Of a DNA stretch of 64,000 nt, positions 18,783 to 32,600 are shown in pieces. The position numbers were made by a program, and so were the translations under genes. Below the pieces are notes generated by a model that saw nothing but the letters and a program-made list of their open reading frames with translations, did no database searches and had not been told where the DNA came from. This DNA is from an uncultured virus (IMG/VR IMGVR_UViG_3300031998_000018) (Duplodnaviria > Heunggongvirae > Uroviricota > Caudoviricetes). Each line of letters opens with the position of its first letter. Position 1 is the first letter of the stretch. Location: the IMG/VR virus record IMGVR_UViG_3300031998_000018. One strand, written 5' to 3'.

Positions 18783-19436
18783 ATGGCTACTACTAGAGTA
18801 ACCCCTTATGGCCTTAAGGAAGTTGCCGATGTTTACTTTTTCCCTGTTGGCACCACTATTACAATTAGTTCTGCTGTAACTTCTGCGTCAAGTGGCTATG
18901 TGGCTCCTTATATTGCTGCATCCGCTACTGCCGAGTTCATCTTCGATACCCTCAAGGTTTCGAACATTGAAGTTTCCGCTGAAGATACTTCTGCTACTGG
19001 TGGTCAGGGCAATCCTGAGCTGATTAGCTGGAGCTATGGTAAGGAAATCACCTTCACAATGGAAGATGCTGTTTTCTCGCTTTCTACTATCGACCTCATG
19101 TTTGGTGCCCATGGTTCTGGAAGTGGTGTTGCTGATAAGAGCGATACAAGTATTGTTGTTGATGCCGATACATTCCCATCCAACTATCACATTGTTGGTT
19201 CTACATATATCCGCAACAAAGACACTGGTGTCGACGCGCCATTCATCTTTGAAATTCCGAATGCGAAGATTAATGTTGGTGGTACATTAACAATGGAAGC
19301 CGATGGCGATCCTACTACATTCGAAATGACAATTAAGGCTCTGAAGTCTGCTGACAAGTCCCTCGTTAAGTTCCATCGTATTGACGCTGGGGCCTCGAGT
19401 TCTCACGAGTCTTCAAATACCCAAACAACTACCTAA
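18783..19436 (+). CDS. Major tail tube protein
   Basis: AAGGAGG RBS, TAG-free, beta-rich, ATGGQGNPELISW loop, followed by terminator. Confidence 0.75.
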   Translation: MATTRVTPYGLKEVADVYFFPVGTTITISSAVTSASSGYVAPYIAASATAEFIFDTLKVSNIEVSAEDTSATGGQGNPELISWSYGKEITFTMEDAVFSLSTIDLMFGAHGSGSGVADKSDTSIVVDADTFPSNYHIVGSTYIRNKDTGVDAPFIFEIPNAKINVGGTLTMEADGDPTTFEMTIKALKSADKSLVKFHRIDAGASSSHESSNTQTTT

Positions 19437-19450
19437 TTGGATACGCTATG

Positions 19451-19483
19451 AAAGGGGGAGGATGGTAACATCCTCCTTCTTTT
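19451..19483 (+). terminator. Rho-independent terminator
   Basis: GGAGGATG-GTAA-CATCCTCC stem then T run. Confidence 0.75.
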
Positions 19484-19497
19484 GATGGAGGATAGAA

Positions 19498-20277
19498 ATG
19501 GATGAATTCGGACTGAAAGAATTGTACGAAGTCACCATCAGAACTACTTACCCAATAGAGGTAAGTGGGAGAACTCTTGCAAGTGGAGAAGTCATTGCGG
19601 CCTTCGACAAGATTTAGATTGCTAATATTTAGGAAGTCAAAAATAGTGTCGCGGCTCGTGGTGGCTGGGATAACCGAGGATTAGTGTATTGGGATTCTAC
19701 GCGTGAAGTGCGCATTAGCTTTACGCAGGGGATCTTTTCTAAATCTCAATTAACATTAATGACTGCGGCAAAACTGGTTTAGTCTGTTAATGAACCGATC
19801 ATTCTGACTAAGCGCGAATGCGTTGAATCAGACGAAGATAAGGTAATTACATTAGCAAATGAAGCAGTTTCTCCAATCTTTGTATATGAGGTTTCTACTG
19901 GTGAAAAATTGACTTATACAGTAGTAGATAGTAAGCATTTAGCAATAAATACGGCTTTTACTGATTGCATAGTTGATTATTCATATCAATATATCAAGAA
20001 ATTTAAACAGTTGATAATTGGGCAAGCGCTTACCACAGGATTCCTTACCTTCACGGGTAAAACGAGAGTAAAGGACGATATAACTGGACAAACTCATACT
20101 GGTATTTTCTATGTACCAAAGTTGAAACTAACGTCTGATTTATCTATGCGCTTAGGGGAGAATGCGTAGCCTCAAATCGGAAGATTTGATGCGCTTGCTA
20201 TACCAACAGGAGACAGAAGGAATACAGAGGTAATGCGCCTGACCCTTCTGGAAGATGATATAGATAGTGACATGTGA
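19498..20277 (+). CDS. Second tail-tube-like protein (259 aa, TAG=Gln)
   Basis: FGLKELYEV, FDKI(Q)IANI, ARGGWDNRGLVYW parallel YGLKEVADV, FDTLKVSNI, ATGGQGNPELISW of 18783..19436. Confidence 0.65.
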
Positions 20278-20281
20278 TAAG

Positions 20282-20320
20282 ATCGGCATTAGTTTCAAGA
20301 GAAACTAATGCTGATTTTTA
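20282..20320 (+). terminator. Hairpin/terminator before tape measure gene
   Basis: ATCGGCATTAGTTTC...GAAACTAATGCTGAT then TTTT. Confidence 0.6.
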
Positions 20321-20341
20321 TTACATAAGGAGGGAAAGTAA

Positions 20342-23300
20342 ATGGCAAAGGAATTTACTTATAAGTTAAATATTGATGCTGAAACCAATGCATTAACTAA
20401 TAAACTGAAGAGTATTAGTACTTTATTAGCAAATTTAGGACAGTCTGGACAAGAGCCTCAAATTCAAAAAATACTCACGCAAGTTACTGCTAAATTAGAT
20501 GATCTTAAATTAAAAGCAAGTACTCCTATTAGAACTGCTAGCGCTTTTGCGCCAATGGAAAAGGATGTCGCTAAACTTAATTAGTTATTTGCCACCTTAG
20601 GGACTGAAATTAGTAAAGTCGCATCTCAAGATGGTTTAAAGAAACTATCTATTTTGCCGCCAGATGCAGTAAAAAGAGTTACTAATGCCGCTAAAGGATT
20701 TGAAGCTTATGACGCCGCAGTTAAGCGTGCCAATGAAAATTCCAAAGAATATAATAATACTCTAAAGATCTTAAATGAGCGCCAAGAAGCTTTAAAATCA
20801 AATTAGATTTAGATTGCGGGATTACAGGATGCACAAGGTGACAATCTCAAAAAACGTGCATAGTTAGAACAAGAAATTGCTACTGCAAGAGCAAATAATG
20901 ATTAGGAGACACTGCAGAGGGCTTAGCAAGAATTAAAGTCTTTAGAAAGTATTTATAATAGACAATAGAGTAGTATTGATCAATTAACTGCATCATAGAC
21001 ACGTTTAAAGACTTAGTTAGAAGAAGCCCAAAACGCTTTTAAGAAAGCAGAAAAGGCTTAGGATGCGAGCAAAACATAGCAGTTAACAGTAGCTTTTTAG
21101 TAGTTAATTATTGCCATGCGTGATGCAGGCATTGCATTTGATGGTTTACGAACTAATGCCGACGGCACTTTATCTCGTACTGCAGGTAATATTGCTGAAT
21201 TACGAGCACGTGTTGAAGAATTAACTAAAACCGTAACAATTGAAGCAGATGCGGCTTATAGTAAAATAATCACTGAGACTAACGCTACAGCTGATGCTAC
21301 TAATAATGTAACTGCAGCTTTACAACGTGAAACCGTTGCATTTCAAGAATAGAATGAGGCCGCTAGTGAAGTTGATGGCTTAGTAAGCCGTATTAAATAG
21401 TTTACTGGTTTAACTGGTGCTGCGTTTATGATGCGTCGTGCATTACAGAGCGCTCTTAATACAATTAAAGAGCTCGATGCATAGATGACTGAAATGGCTG
21501 TTGTTACAGATCTCGGTATTGGAGATTATTGGAAACAACTTACTGCGCATACAGAACGTGCTAATGCGCTTGGTATGGCCATTAAAGACGTCTATGAAGC
21601 AGAAACACTTTATTACTAGCAAGGTTTAAAAGCTGCTGAAGTTACTGCATTATCTACTTCGACCTTAAAAATGGCTCGTATTGCAGGACTTAGCGCAGAA
21701 GATGCTACTAATAAAATGACTGCGGCACTTCGTGGTTTTAATATGGAAATTAATGAAACAAATGGTGACCGCATTGCTGATGTTTATTCTAAACTTGCGG
21801 CTATTACGGCATCGGATGTTGAAGAAATTTCTACTGCTATGACTAAGACTGCATCAATCGCTTCGAGTGCAGGTATGGAGTTTGAAACTACTGCGGCTTT
21901 CTTATCACAGATTATTGAAACAACACGTGAGTCTGCAGAGACTGCTGGTACCGCTTTAAAGACCGTTATAGCCCGTTTCCAAGAATTAAAGAAATCACCC
22001 GATGAAATTGGCGAAGTTGATGGTGAGATTATTGATGCTAATAAAATTGAAACTGCTTTAAGAACGGTTGGCGTCGCTCTTCGTGATACTAGTGGTCAGT
22101 TCCGTGCATTAGACGATGTCTTTCTTGACCTTGCAGCTAAGTGGGATTCACTTGACATGAATACATAGCGTTATATTGCTACTATTGCTGCTGGTTCTAG
22201 ATAGCAATCACGTTTTGTTGCTATGATGAGTGATTATGCTCGTACATAGGAGTTAGTGAGTGCTGCTAATACTGCAGCTGGCGCTAGTAACGAATAGTTT
22301 GCAAAGACTTTAGATTCATTATAGAGTAAACTCGCTGCATTAAAGAATGCTTGGGATACATTTACTATGGGTTTAGCTAATAATGAATTTATTAAAGCTG
22401 CTGTTGATGCTTTGACTAAAATGCTTAATTTATTAAATCAAATTACAAAAGGCTTTGGTCCATGGAGTAGCAGTGCTTTAAAAATTGGATTAGTAACTAG
22501 TGCCTTAATTGCTGGAAATAAAGCTTTAAAAATCTTTATGGCTACAATGCGTTCATCTAATGCTAGTTTAACTACTTTTCAAAAGACAGGACGCGGATTA
22601 AAAGCTATATTTGCTTCATGGCGACAAAGTTTTTAGACTTTACGTAAATTTATTTTTGGAAAACAAGACGTAGAAGCTATATTACAGTATCGAAATGCTG
22701 TATAGGCTACAGCTGATGCAACAGCTAAAGCCGAAGCAGCAAGTGCAAAAGCTAATAGTACTATTATAGCTGGAACGAGTGCAGCGACTACTTACCAAAA
22801 AGAGGCTGAGCTTGCTACAAAAGGAGTGACGATAGCTAAAGAACAGGAAACTATAGCTGAAGAGAAGTTAGTTGCTGCATTTAGTTTGGATACTGCTCAA
22901 TAGGCAATTTATAATCAATTACGTGAAAAAGGCCTTGAGGCTGATGCTGCAGCGACTATAGCTAAATTAGGTTTAACTGAAGCGGAGTGGGCTAAATTAC
23001 CAGCAGATACAAAGAATCTTTTAATGCAAGAAGCTTTGAATAAATCTACTTTAAAAGGCACTATAGCCACTTTAGGATTACGTGCTGCGATTTTGTTAGA
23101 AAAAATTGGTTTAGGTGGCTTATTAGGCGTAAAATCTACTAGTATTGCATTAACTAAAGCATAGACTACTGCTAATTATAGCTTATGGGCTTCATTGTGG
23201 CCAATTTTAGTCATTATGTTAGCTATTGGCGCAGCAGTTGCTGCTATTTGGGGTGTAGTAAAAATATTTTAGGCACTCAAAGCAGAATCTCCAGCTGGGC

Positions 23301-26300
23301 AGTTAGATGCAGTAACTAAAGCGTTAGCAGAAACAACAACACGCGCAGAAGATGCTAAAGAAGCTTATAATGATTTAAAAGATACATTAACTTCTTTAGA
23401 TGATTAGTATAAAGCTATAGAAGATTTAACACAGGGCACCCGTGAATGGCAAGAGGCTTTATTGTCTGTTAATGCTACAGTTTTAGCTTTACTTGATAAA
23501 TATCCATAGTTAGCTCAATATGTAACATCTACTAATGGTATTTTACAATTAAGTGAGAAGGGTACGGATGCATTATTACAAACATAGCTTGAATCCATGC
23601 AAGGAGCCTAGGCGGCAGTAGCCGTTATGTAGCAACAAAAAAATGCCGCAGTAGCTAATTATCGTTATTCATAGTTGTCTGATAAGGCTACTGCAAGTCG
23701 AGAAGGGTTAACTACTGCACTTGGTGCAACAGCAGGTACTCTTATAGGAAATATCCCTTTCTTAAATATTGGAATAGGCCTTGCTTAGTTATATTCATAG
23801 AAAGGAAGCGCAAAAGGGTGGCGCGATTGGGCGCTTTCTGTTTTTGCAGGTCCAATTTTGGGTGCTGGTGTAGGTATTTCAGCAGGATTAGAGGGGCATG
23901 AGGCTTCTCGTGAAAAAGGCCGCGATATAACTAGTAGATTTGCTCAAGAATTGGCAGCAGGTAAATTTAGTAATGAAGAGGAGATACGTGCATGGCTGAA
24001 AGAGCAAGGCATGTCTCGTTCTAGTATTACTAATTGGATTAAACAGATTGGTGATATTAGTGGTAAATCTGCACAAGAATTAGCCGAGTATGGACAAGAG
24101 TTGCTTAAATTAGAGGCTGCAAATAAAGCATATTCTCAAAGTATTATTAATAATGCTATAGGGATGCTATCTAATGGACATTATACTAATGAAGAATTAT
24201 AGTAGATGCAGAATATTGGCACCAATTTAATGGATAAAATTATAGAAGAAATGAATACTTCTATTGGTTCCAAAAATCTTAAGAAAGATTTAGATTATTT
24301 ATCATATTGGGAAGCTATTTATGGACAAGGCGAAGTTGAAATCACTAGGAAGGGTGCAGTTAAAGTTCGTAATGATGAAGGCAAATTTGTTGAAAAAGTA
24401 AATGCTGATGTTGCCAAAACAGAATACGCTGCCGCTGAAGCTGCCAAAGAGATGGCTAAACGTTTACAAGAATTACCAGCAGCACTAGATCAAGTAAGTA
24501 GTAGTTTACGTGGTGTTAAACAAAATGCTAGTGAAGCAGAAACAGCCTTGAAACATGCCTTTGGTAATGATTAGGGCATGGATTTGGTTCGTGAAGATTT
24601 AAAGCTTTTAACAGAATCTTATCGTGATGCAATGTGGGAGAATAATGCAGAACTAAGAGCGATTTATGGTGATTCTGAAGAAGGTTATGCATTATTTGTT
24701 GCGGATATTACTGAACGTCGTAAATTAGCGAATTAGGCCTTTAGAGATAATGCGACAGCTTTGCGGCAAATGGGATTAAAAGGTTTCCAATTTGATTCTA
24801 GTTTAACTGCCGGAGCCGAAAAGGGGTTAGTAGAACATTTAGCTTAGGTTGCTGCAATATCTGGTGCTGAGAGCGCCCGAGCATACGGAGACAAATTAAA
24901 TACACTATTAGATTCTGTTACAGAAAAAGAGCGGAATGCTTTAGTCTCTTAGTTAAATGCTATTAACTGGCATGATGCAGATGCTTTAGAGAAGCTTCCA
25001 GGCATTTTGCATGAACTATAGATTAACATACCAAATGATACATTAAATGAATTTATTGACGATACCAAGGAAGCAGCCCAAGCTTTACATAATGTTGACT
25101 TTAGTGCATTAAATGAATAGTTAACTGATTTAAATCGTTTACTTTATGACATTGCTACTAATACTTAGGGGCGTATTTTTGAAGAAGATACTTATGAGCA
25201 ATTAATTAAGTTAGCACCTGAATTAGCTAGTAACTTTACTAAAAATAAAGAAGGTAAATATATTTTTCAGGGTGGTGAATTATCAGACATTAAGGCAGCA
25301 ACAGCTTATACTGAAGACCGTATCCTCGAAGGAATGTCTACTATTCAAGGGTAGATTAATGCTGCTAAGATATTAGATGACATTATTGGTAATGGCGAAT
25401 CGCATTTTGAGTCCTCAACTTGGTTAGGTAAATTATTAGGTGCTGAAGGTAATCTTAAGGCGTTTAATAGATCCGATAAGTGGACTTCAGAGGAATAGAA
25501 GAGCTTTATACAAGAATTCTTGGATGTGGCTAATGCTTCGAATTTATCTATTTAGGGTGTTTCTGACCATTTAAGTAATAATACAACAGTAGATACTCTA
25601 ACGGATGATGTAATTAAGACTATAATAGAAGACTTAAAGAACTATTTTGGATAGAGCCAAACACTTAAAGAACAATTCCCTGAAGCCATCATGGCTGCTG
25701 TTACTGATTCTTTAAAAGATAACCCATATTTTAATAGTTATACTAATGATTTAATGCAATCTATGGAAACACGCTATACAGATGCTACAGATTTAGAGAT
25801 TGCTTAGTACAGAATACGTCGTGCTTCAACCATTGGTTAGGCAATTGATATTGGAATCGCTGAAACTGATTCGCGCGCGGTATTACAGTTAAATCAACGA
25901 TTAATTGAATTAGAAAATGCTGGTCAAACTGGTACTGAACAATATCGTGCATATGCAAAAGTTATGAATGAGTTTATGCGTACTTTAGGTGGAAAGTCTT
26001 CGTTTTAGACTATGTATCAAGGTATGCAAGAAAACGTGAAAGCTACTGCAGAGTTATTAGAAACATATTAGAAAACCACAGATGAACAAGAGAAGATGTA
26101 TTTAGTATCTCAAATGATGCGTGAATTTGATATTCAGACTACTGAAGAAAATTATGAAAAAATTGCAGGTTATACTGAAGCATATTTATCAGGTGAGGAA
26201 TAGGGGTTTAAGAATATTGCTAATATGGCTGGAGTTGCTGCAGGCATTATATATGAGGGTGAAGAATAGTTATATGACTTTATGAATTATAAGCTCTTTG

Positions 26301-28435
26301 ATTCTATGAATGCAACTATGCAAAAATTTGCCACGGCCATGTTGGATGCACGTTACGCTTATATTAATGCTGAAGGTGAATTTATTTGGGGCTGGAATGT
26401 GCTTAATGATTTAGCTGAAGAGGCTTATGATCGTGCGAAAGCATGGGAGAACCCTTATGATTGGCTATGGAATGCTAATTAGCGCGTTAATGCCACTTTA
26501 CGCGAACGCAACGATTTAGAGCGTGCATATTAGTTAATGCTTGAAGACAATGGGTCGACTGTTGATAAAATTGCTAAAAATTTATCTGATCAAGTAACTT
26601 TACTTCAGAAACAGGCTAGCTATGAAAAAGGTATTTATGATAGCGCAAAAGATGAATTAACTCGTATGCTTTCTAAAGATGAGCTTGGTAAAATAGGTTT
26701 ACCGCCAGAATTATATAGCTTAATTCAAGGTAATATTGCTATCGGGTCATATGGATAGGTTACAGTTAATAAAGATGCTTTATATGCGGCAGGATATACT
26801 AATGAAGTTGGTGATGTAATTGGTACCATCATTGACAAAGTAGACTCTTTATCAGATACCATGGCTTCTGCTTATGAAACCAATCAGGAAATTGAAGATA
26901 GATTGCGCGAAATTCAAAAAACTGGTAAAGAGCAATATGATAGCTTAGTTGATCGTGTTACTGAGGCCTTGCGTTAGTAGTATTAGCGTCAAATAGATAC
27001 CTTAAATGACGTTCATGATGCCATTACTGATGCTGCTAATAGTTTGGTTGATAAATTACAAGAAAAAATTGATGATGATCGTGCAGCGCGTGAAGATGCT
27101 AAAAAGATTGAATCTTTATAGGATAAATAGGCGGCTATTGCGTATCTTCAGGCTAGTGGTGGTAGTGCATTAGAGATTATTTAGGCACAAAAAGCATTAG
27201 AGGATGAAACTGAAGCATATCAAGATAGCTTAGTTGATAAGTCTATTCAAGAGATGTCCCGTGCAAATGAGTAGGCAGCAGATCAGCGGCAAGAGTAGAT
27301 TGATATTGCTTAGGCTCAATTTGATTGGTGGTCTGAAAATGATGCCATACATGATGCCGAGACCGCGGTAAATGATTCATTAGAAAAAATAGCTAGTGGT
27401 TTAGCTCCAGATTAGACGGGTATTGCCACTTTATTAGCAGAAGAAGAAAAAGTTAAAACTAAAACTTAGGAAGGTATTACTGATTGGTATAAGAGTTTAA
27501 ATGCTGATTCTAATTTAGCTGCGATTCATACTGGTTTAGTTGGCGACACTAATTCAGTTAATGCCACTATTAGCGGTTTATCTCAGGCTTTAGATAGCGC
27601 TTTAACAAATGAGCAATCGGGTATTATAGCATTAAATCAAGCAATGAAAGAAGATTTGCACAAGTTACATGTTAATACTGGTAATGCTTTAACTGATGAT
27701 AATCATTTTAAAATTACTAATACAGAATTTTAGGGGAAAGTAGATGCATTAGTAACCGCATTAAATGCTATTGCTCAAAAGTATGTAGGTGCAGATTTTG
27801 CTGAAGGTCAAAAGGTTGGTGAAGATCGTGGAAACGGCACAACTAACGGCGGTATTGATAAACTAGAGCCATAGATTAGTATAGCAGAAGCCTAGGATAG
27901 AGGTATATATTTAGAAGAAGGTAGCTTAATAAGTGCTGGCGAAACTTCTAAGGAGCTATATGTAGATTCATCTACATTAGCAAAACGGCTGTATGTAGGT
28001 GATGATGATTATTATTACGAAGCTGCAAAGAATGTATTTTATAAATATGCAGATATGATTTGGGATCCAATTTATGGCTTATATCGTATTCCAGCAGATA
28101 CCGCTTAGTGGAGCATACCCCGTTTTGCTACTGGTGGTCTTGCGGACTTTGCTGGTCCTGCTTGGCTTGATGGTACTGCTTCTGCTCCAGAGTTGGTTCT
28201 TAATGCCACAGATACTGCTAATTTCATTACCCTCAAAGATATTCTTGCCGAAATTATGCGCGGTACCCAAGATCGTTCTAATTCCGACATCGGCAATAAC
28301 TACTACAACATCGACGTCCACGTCGAATCTATTGATTCTGATTACGACGTTGATCAGGCGGCCGAGCGCATTAAAGAACTTATCGAAGCCGACGCCATGT
28401 ATCGTAATGTAACCGCAGTTCCACAAACTCGTTAA
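20342..28435 (+). CDS. Tape measure protein (~2697 aa, many TAG=Gln)
   Basis: ORF fragments 20342, 21116, 21671, 22367, 23858, 24206, 26282, 26537, 28193 share one frame; YY(Q)QG, TRESAETAGTALKT, AGSR(Q)QSRF and C-terminal FATGG motifs; frame spot-checked, not read codon by codon. Confidence 0.85.
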
Positions 28436-28491
28436 TCTAAAAATACAGAGCAAACCTAACGCATTTTTACTTATTAATAGTGGAAAAGGAT

Positions 28492-28521
28492 GTACCCACT
28501 GTGATTCGTCACAGTGGGTAC
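28492..28521 (+). promoter_or_regulatory. Perfect 13-bp hairpin with TTCG loop upstream of Dit
   Basis: GTACCCACTGTGA-TTCG-TCACAGTGGGTAC. Confidence 0.6.
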
Positions 28522-28547
28522 TTTATGAACTAGTGGGGTGAAGGAGT

Positions 28548-29681
28548 ATGGAAACAAAGGGCCACCATGGATCCTTTTTAGGGTTTACATACAATGGAAT
28601 ACATTCATCTGCACTGGGAATTACGCATGTTAGTACTAGTAACCGATATACAGATGCTATTATACCCGTAACAAAAGATACTACCGCTAGTATCTAGGGA
28701 ATTGATGGCATGGTATATTGGGGTACTATATATACTAAGCGGACATTCACAGTGTCTTTTGCTTTTGATGGAGTTTCGGAGGAAAACCTCAAAAAGCTAA
28801 GGAATTTCTTGGATGGTAAGTATATTCGAGATCTAATTTTCGATGAACGACCATATAAGATTTATTCGGCAAAGATCACTGGCACTACGTTAGCAAAATA
28901 TATCGCATTTGATGACAATGGCGCAAACATATATAAAGGTGAAGGCTCTATTACTTTTACTTGTTATTTCCCTTATGCTCGAAGCCGTTATGCTTGGTAG
29001 GAAGATTATACGATTGCTAATATTCCTGAATGGTCAGACAATGCAGATACTTCACTTGCTCAATGCGGGAATATTTATTACGATTTTGAAGTCGAATAGG
29101 ACGCAGTAGGCGCCCTGTCGAATTTGACTACCATGGGGTTTGAGTGGGTATCGCCAACATCTCTTATTATTGATATGACAGATACTACTGCTTATGGTAT
29201 TACAATGAATGGTGGTATTATTCCGCGTGATGCTGAAGTTGGTAACACTTATGTTAACTATGACGATTGGATTGAATCTAGTCACATACCAAGTCGCGCT
29301 GATTATGGTACTTATGACGATGCCACACAAAGTATCACTTTATTTAATGCTGGTGATGTAGCAATGCCGACACAATGGCGTTTCCGTGTATCTGATACAC
29401 CACAAACTATTACTTTTATTTGTGATGGGGAGACTAAATTAGTTCTATCAAATGTGCGGCAGTCACATATTGTTAGTCCCACAGGGGCTGGTGCAGATGC
29501 ATATATTATTATTGATATGCCTCGCGCCACTATTTAGGGATATGATTAGTATTAGCGCCCGACTGGTCGACTATATCATGAATATATTACCGAAGGCAAT
29601 TTCTTTGGTATTCCGCTTGGCGCTCACAGTATTGAGGTTCCCAAACCTCTTGAAATAAAGTTTAATTATTTATATTTATAA
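28548..29681 (+). CDS. Distal tail protein (Dit)-like (377 aa, TAG=Gln)
   Basis: GFTYNGIHSS N-terminus, LIFDERPYK, FTCYFPYA; directly after TMP. Confidence 0.75.
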
Positions 29682-29691
29682 GGAGGCAGAT

Positions 29692-32600
29692 ATGAGTGTA
29701 CTAAATAAACCATACGAGTTGTCTATTTGGGAAGATGTCGTGGTCAACAACGTTGTTACTGAATAGAAGCTATGTATTATTGGCTCTCATACTATGGTTT
29801 CATAGTCGCGTGCATTATAGCCTAAGTTGGTTCCAAATATTAATGGGACTAATACTTTTTCTTTTATGATTTATTATCGTTTTAAAGATACGGTTACCGG
29901 AGAAGAAGTAGATAATCCTTTTGCTCAATATCTGACCAATGAGCGCAAATTAAAGCTACATTATGGCGATAAGTGGTATGATTTTATTATTAAGAATATT
30001 AAGATTGACTCAAATAAGCATTCTTATGATATTACGGCTACTGATCAATATATTAATGAGTTATCTAAAAATGGTTTCAATCTAACATTTGATGCATAGT
30101 TAAGGAATAATTTAGGAACTATTTAGTATTTAGCGCAAGAGGCGCTTGAAGAGACAGATTGGATTGTACCTGATGTATTAGATGTAGATCCTAATGATGC
30201 ATCGCGAGTTTCAGAATTTATTGCTGATCGTTAGAAAGAATCATTAGTGAATTTAACTATTACAGGATCGGTTAACGCTTATCCAATTATAGATGATGAT
30301 CCAACAGGTAATGTAATACTTGGAACACCAGTAACATTTACAAACGGAAATGTACTTGGTTTTTATTCTTGTTGCAAGTCTGCTAATCCTTTCTTCTCAT
30401 TCATTTACGTACCTGATCTCGCTACTCTTGAAAGAGATGACGAGCGCGTGATTAAAACTAAAAATTGTCAGTATATCATATTAAATACTACATATCAAGC
30501 CGCGCTACCTAGATACGGGATTTAGTTGCCCACTAATTTTGAGTTAACAGATCTCTAGCCTGCAATTAATAACACTTATCGTGGTGCGAGATATGTATAT
30601 GCGCCATTGGTTAAGTTTAATACAACTTTATAGAAATATGTAACTGAATATACAAAAAATGGACAACGTGGTTATGGTTTTACAGATACTACATACGAGG
30701 CGCCCAATTTTATACAAAACTGGGTAACTAATCCAAATAGCTTTACATCAACTGCTGGTTGGGATACTGCGACATTAGCTGGTGTTGCTGGCAATCGTGG
30801 TAAAGTAAAGACTGAAGCAATCCGTAATGATGATAGTTCTGGTACCACATTGATTGAGGACTTAAAAAACGGAGTAATTTCTGGCCATACATATGAGGCA
30901 TTGCTCAAATTTTATGATAATTCTAGTGCTGTTGCAGTAAATACCGGTTTTTATGATAGCCGTACTGCTATTTAGGCTTTGGAGAATGGTACTCCATATA
31001 TTATCCGTATCCGCAGTTCGAATAATAATGTACGCATACGTGTTGGGCAATATACTTATGATAGTGTAAATCATATTTATACCATTGGCGCCAATGATCC
31101 ACATACTTTTTTAGATACTAATGACTCAATTGCAACCACTACAAGTGGTGAATATAAATAGTTTGTTGTTAAAGTTAAAAATGCTACATTAACTCCTAAT
31201 GAGTTTATGAAACAATATGGCGGAAAAGTTGTTATTATTATCAGTGGTATTACTAATAATTATTCATTATTTGATTTTTAGATTTATGAAGGCATTTAGA
31301 AGGCTAATGGCAATTGGATGACGCCAGAAGACTAGGCGACTGCTGCAGTAATTGTAAATACATCATACATCTATGATGCCGATACCATTGACGATGCTAC
31401 TGTTAATCAAACGCGTAAGGATTTTAATTATATCTGGAAAGATACTAGAGAACCTATTACTGATGGTTGGCAAGCTATATATTCTTTTGAAAAGCGTCGT
31501 GGTCTCACAATTAAAGAGTCAAATTATTATAATATAATTCAAGTTTTATGTGAGAACTTTGAGTGCTGGGCAGAATATTATGTCGAGCATGATAACTATG
31601 GTAATATCTTATCAAAATAGTTATATTTCCATAATTACACAGGCGATTATAATTATGCCGGCTTCCGTTATGGTGTAAACCTTAAATCTATTACTCGTAC
31701 TGACGATTCTAAGCAAATTGTCAGTAAGCTTATTGTCAAATAGAATAGTAATGAATTTGGCGAGCATGGTTTCTGTACTATTGCTCGGGCGCCTTCTAAT
31801 GAAACTGGTGAAACTTATATTTATAATATTGATTATTATATTAATCAAGGTTTGTTAGCGGCCGCCGATTGGAATACTATTGTTTATGATTTGGCTGGAG
31901 CGCAAGGTAAGGATTTAGATCCTACTGCAACCACGACTAATAGTAATGGTTACTATGTTCGTCTTGCTGCGATTAATGAATAGATTACTTATTATAATGA
32001 AGGGTTAATTAATCGTTCAGTGGCTCTATCTAAAGCTAAAGCAGAATAGACAGTAGCTTCTAATGGTTTAATTAGTGCACAAGATAATCTTAATAAAGCC
32101 GCAAATTCCTTCTAGTTAATGTTTGGAGTCGAGTATACGCATGCCAATTTGGCTAATTAGGGTATGCTAGAGGCAAATCCTAATTATCTTGTTAAATGCG
32201 CCGAAGCGCAAATGCAAGTGCAAGAATATACTGCACGCGCTCAATAGGCTACTACATATTATGAGACATTAAAGACAGAATATGAAACGATTGAAGAGAA
32301 TTTTAAGACTTGGTGCGAATACAAAAAGGAATTAAATCGCGCCTTCTATGCTAAATTCTATCGTTATATTCAAGAAGGCACTTGGATTAGTGAAGATTAT
32401 TATGATGACGAGCTTTATTATTTAGATGCTACTTCAGTACTTTATAATTCTTCAGTTCCAAAAGCTACTTACAATATTTCGGTACTTGAACTTAGTCAGT
32501 TAATTGGTTATGAAGATTTTACTTTTGGATTAGGCGACCGTACTTATGTTGAAGACCCAGAGTTCTTTGGTTATGATGACAATGGCGCACCAATTCGTGA

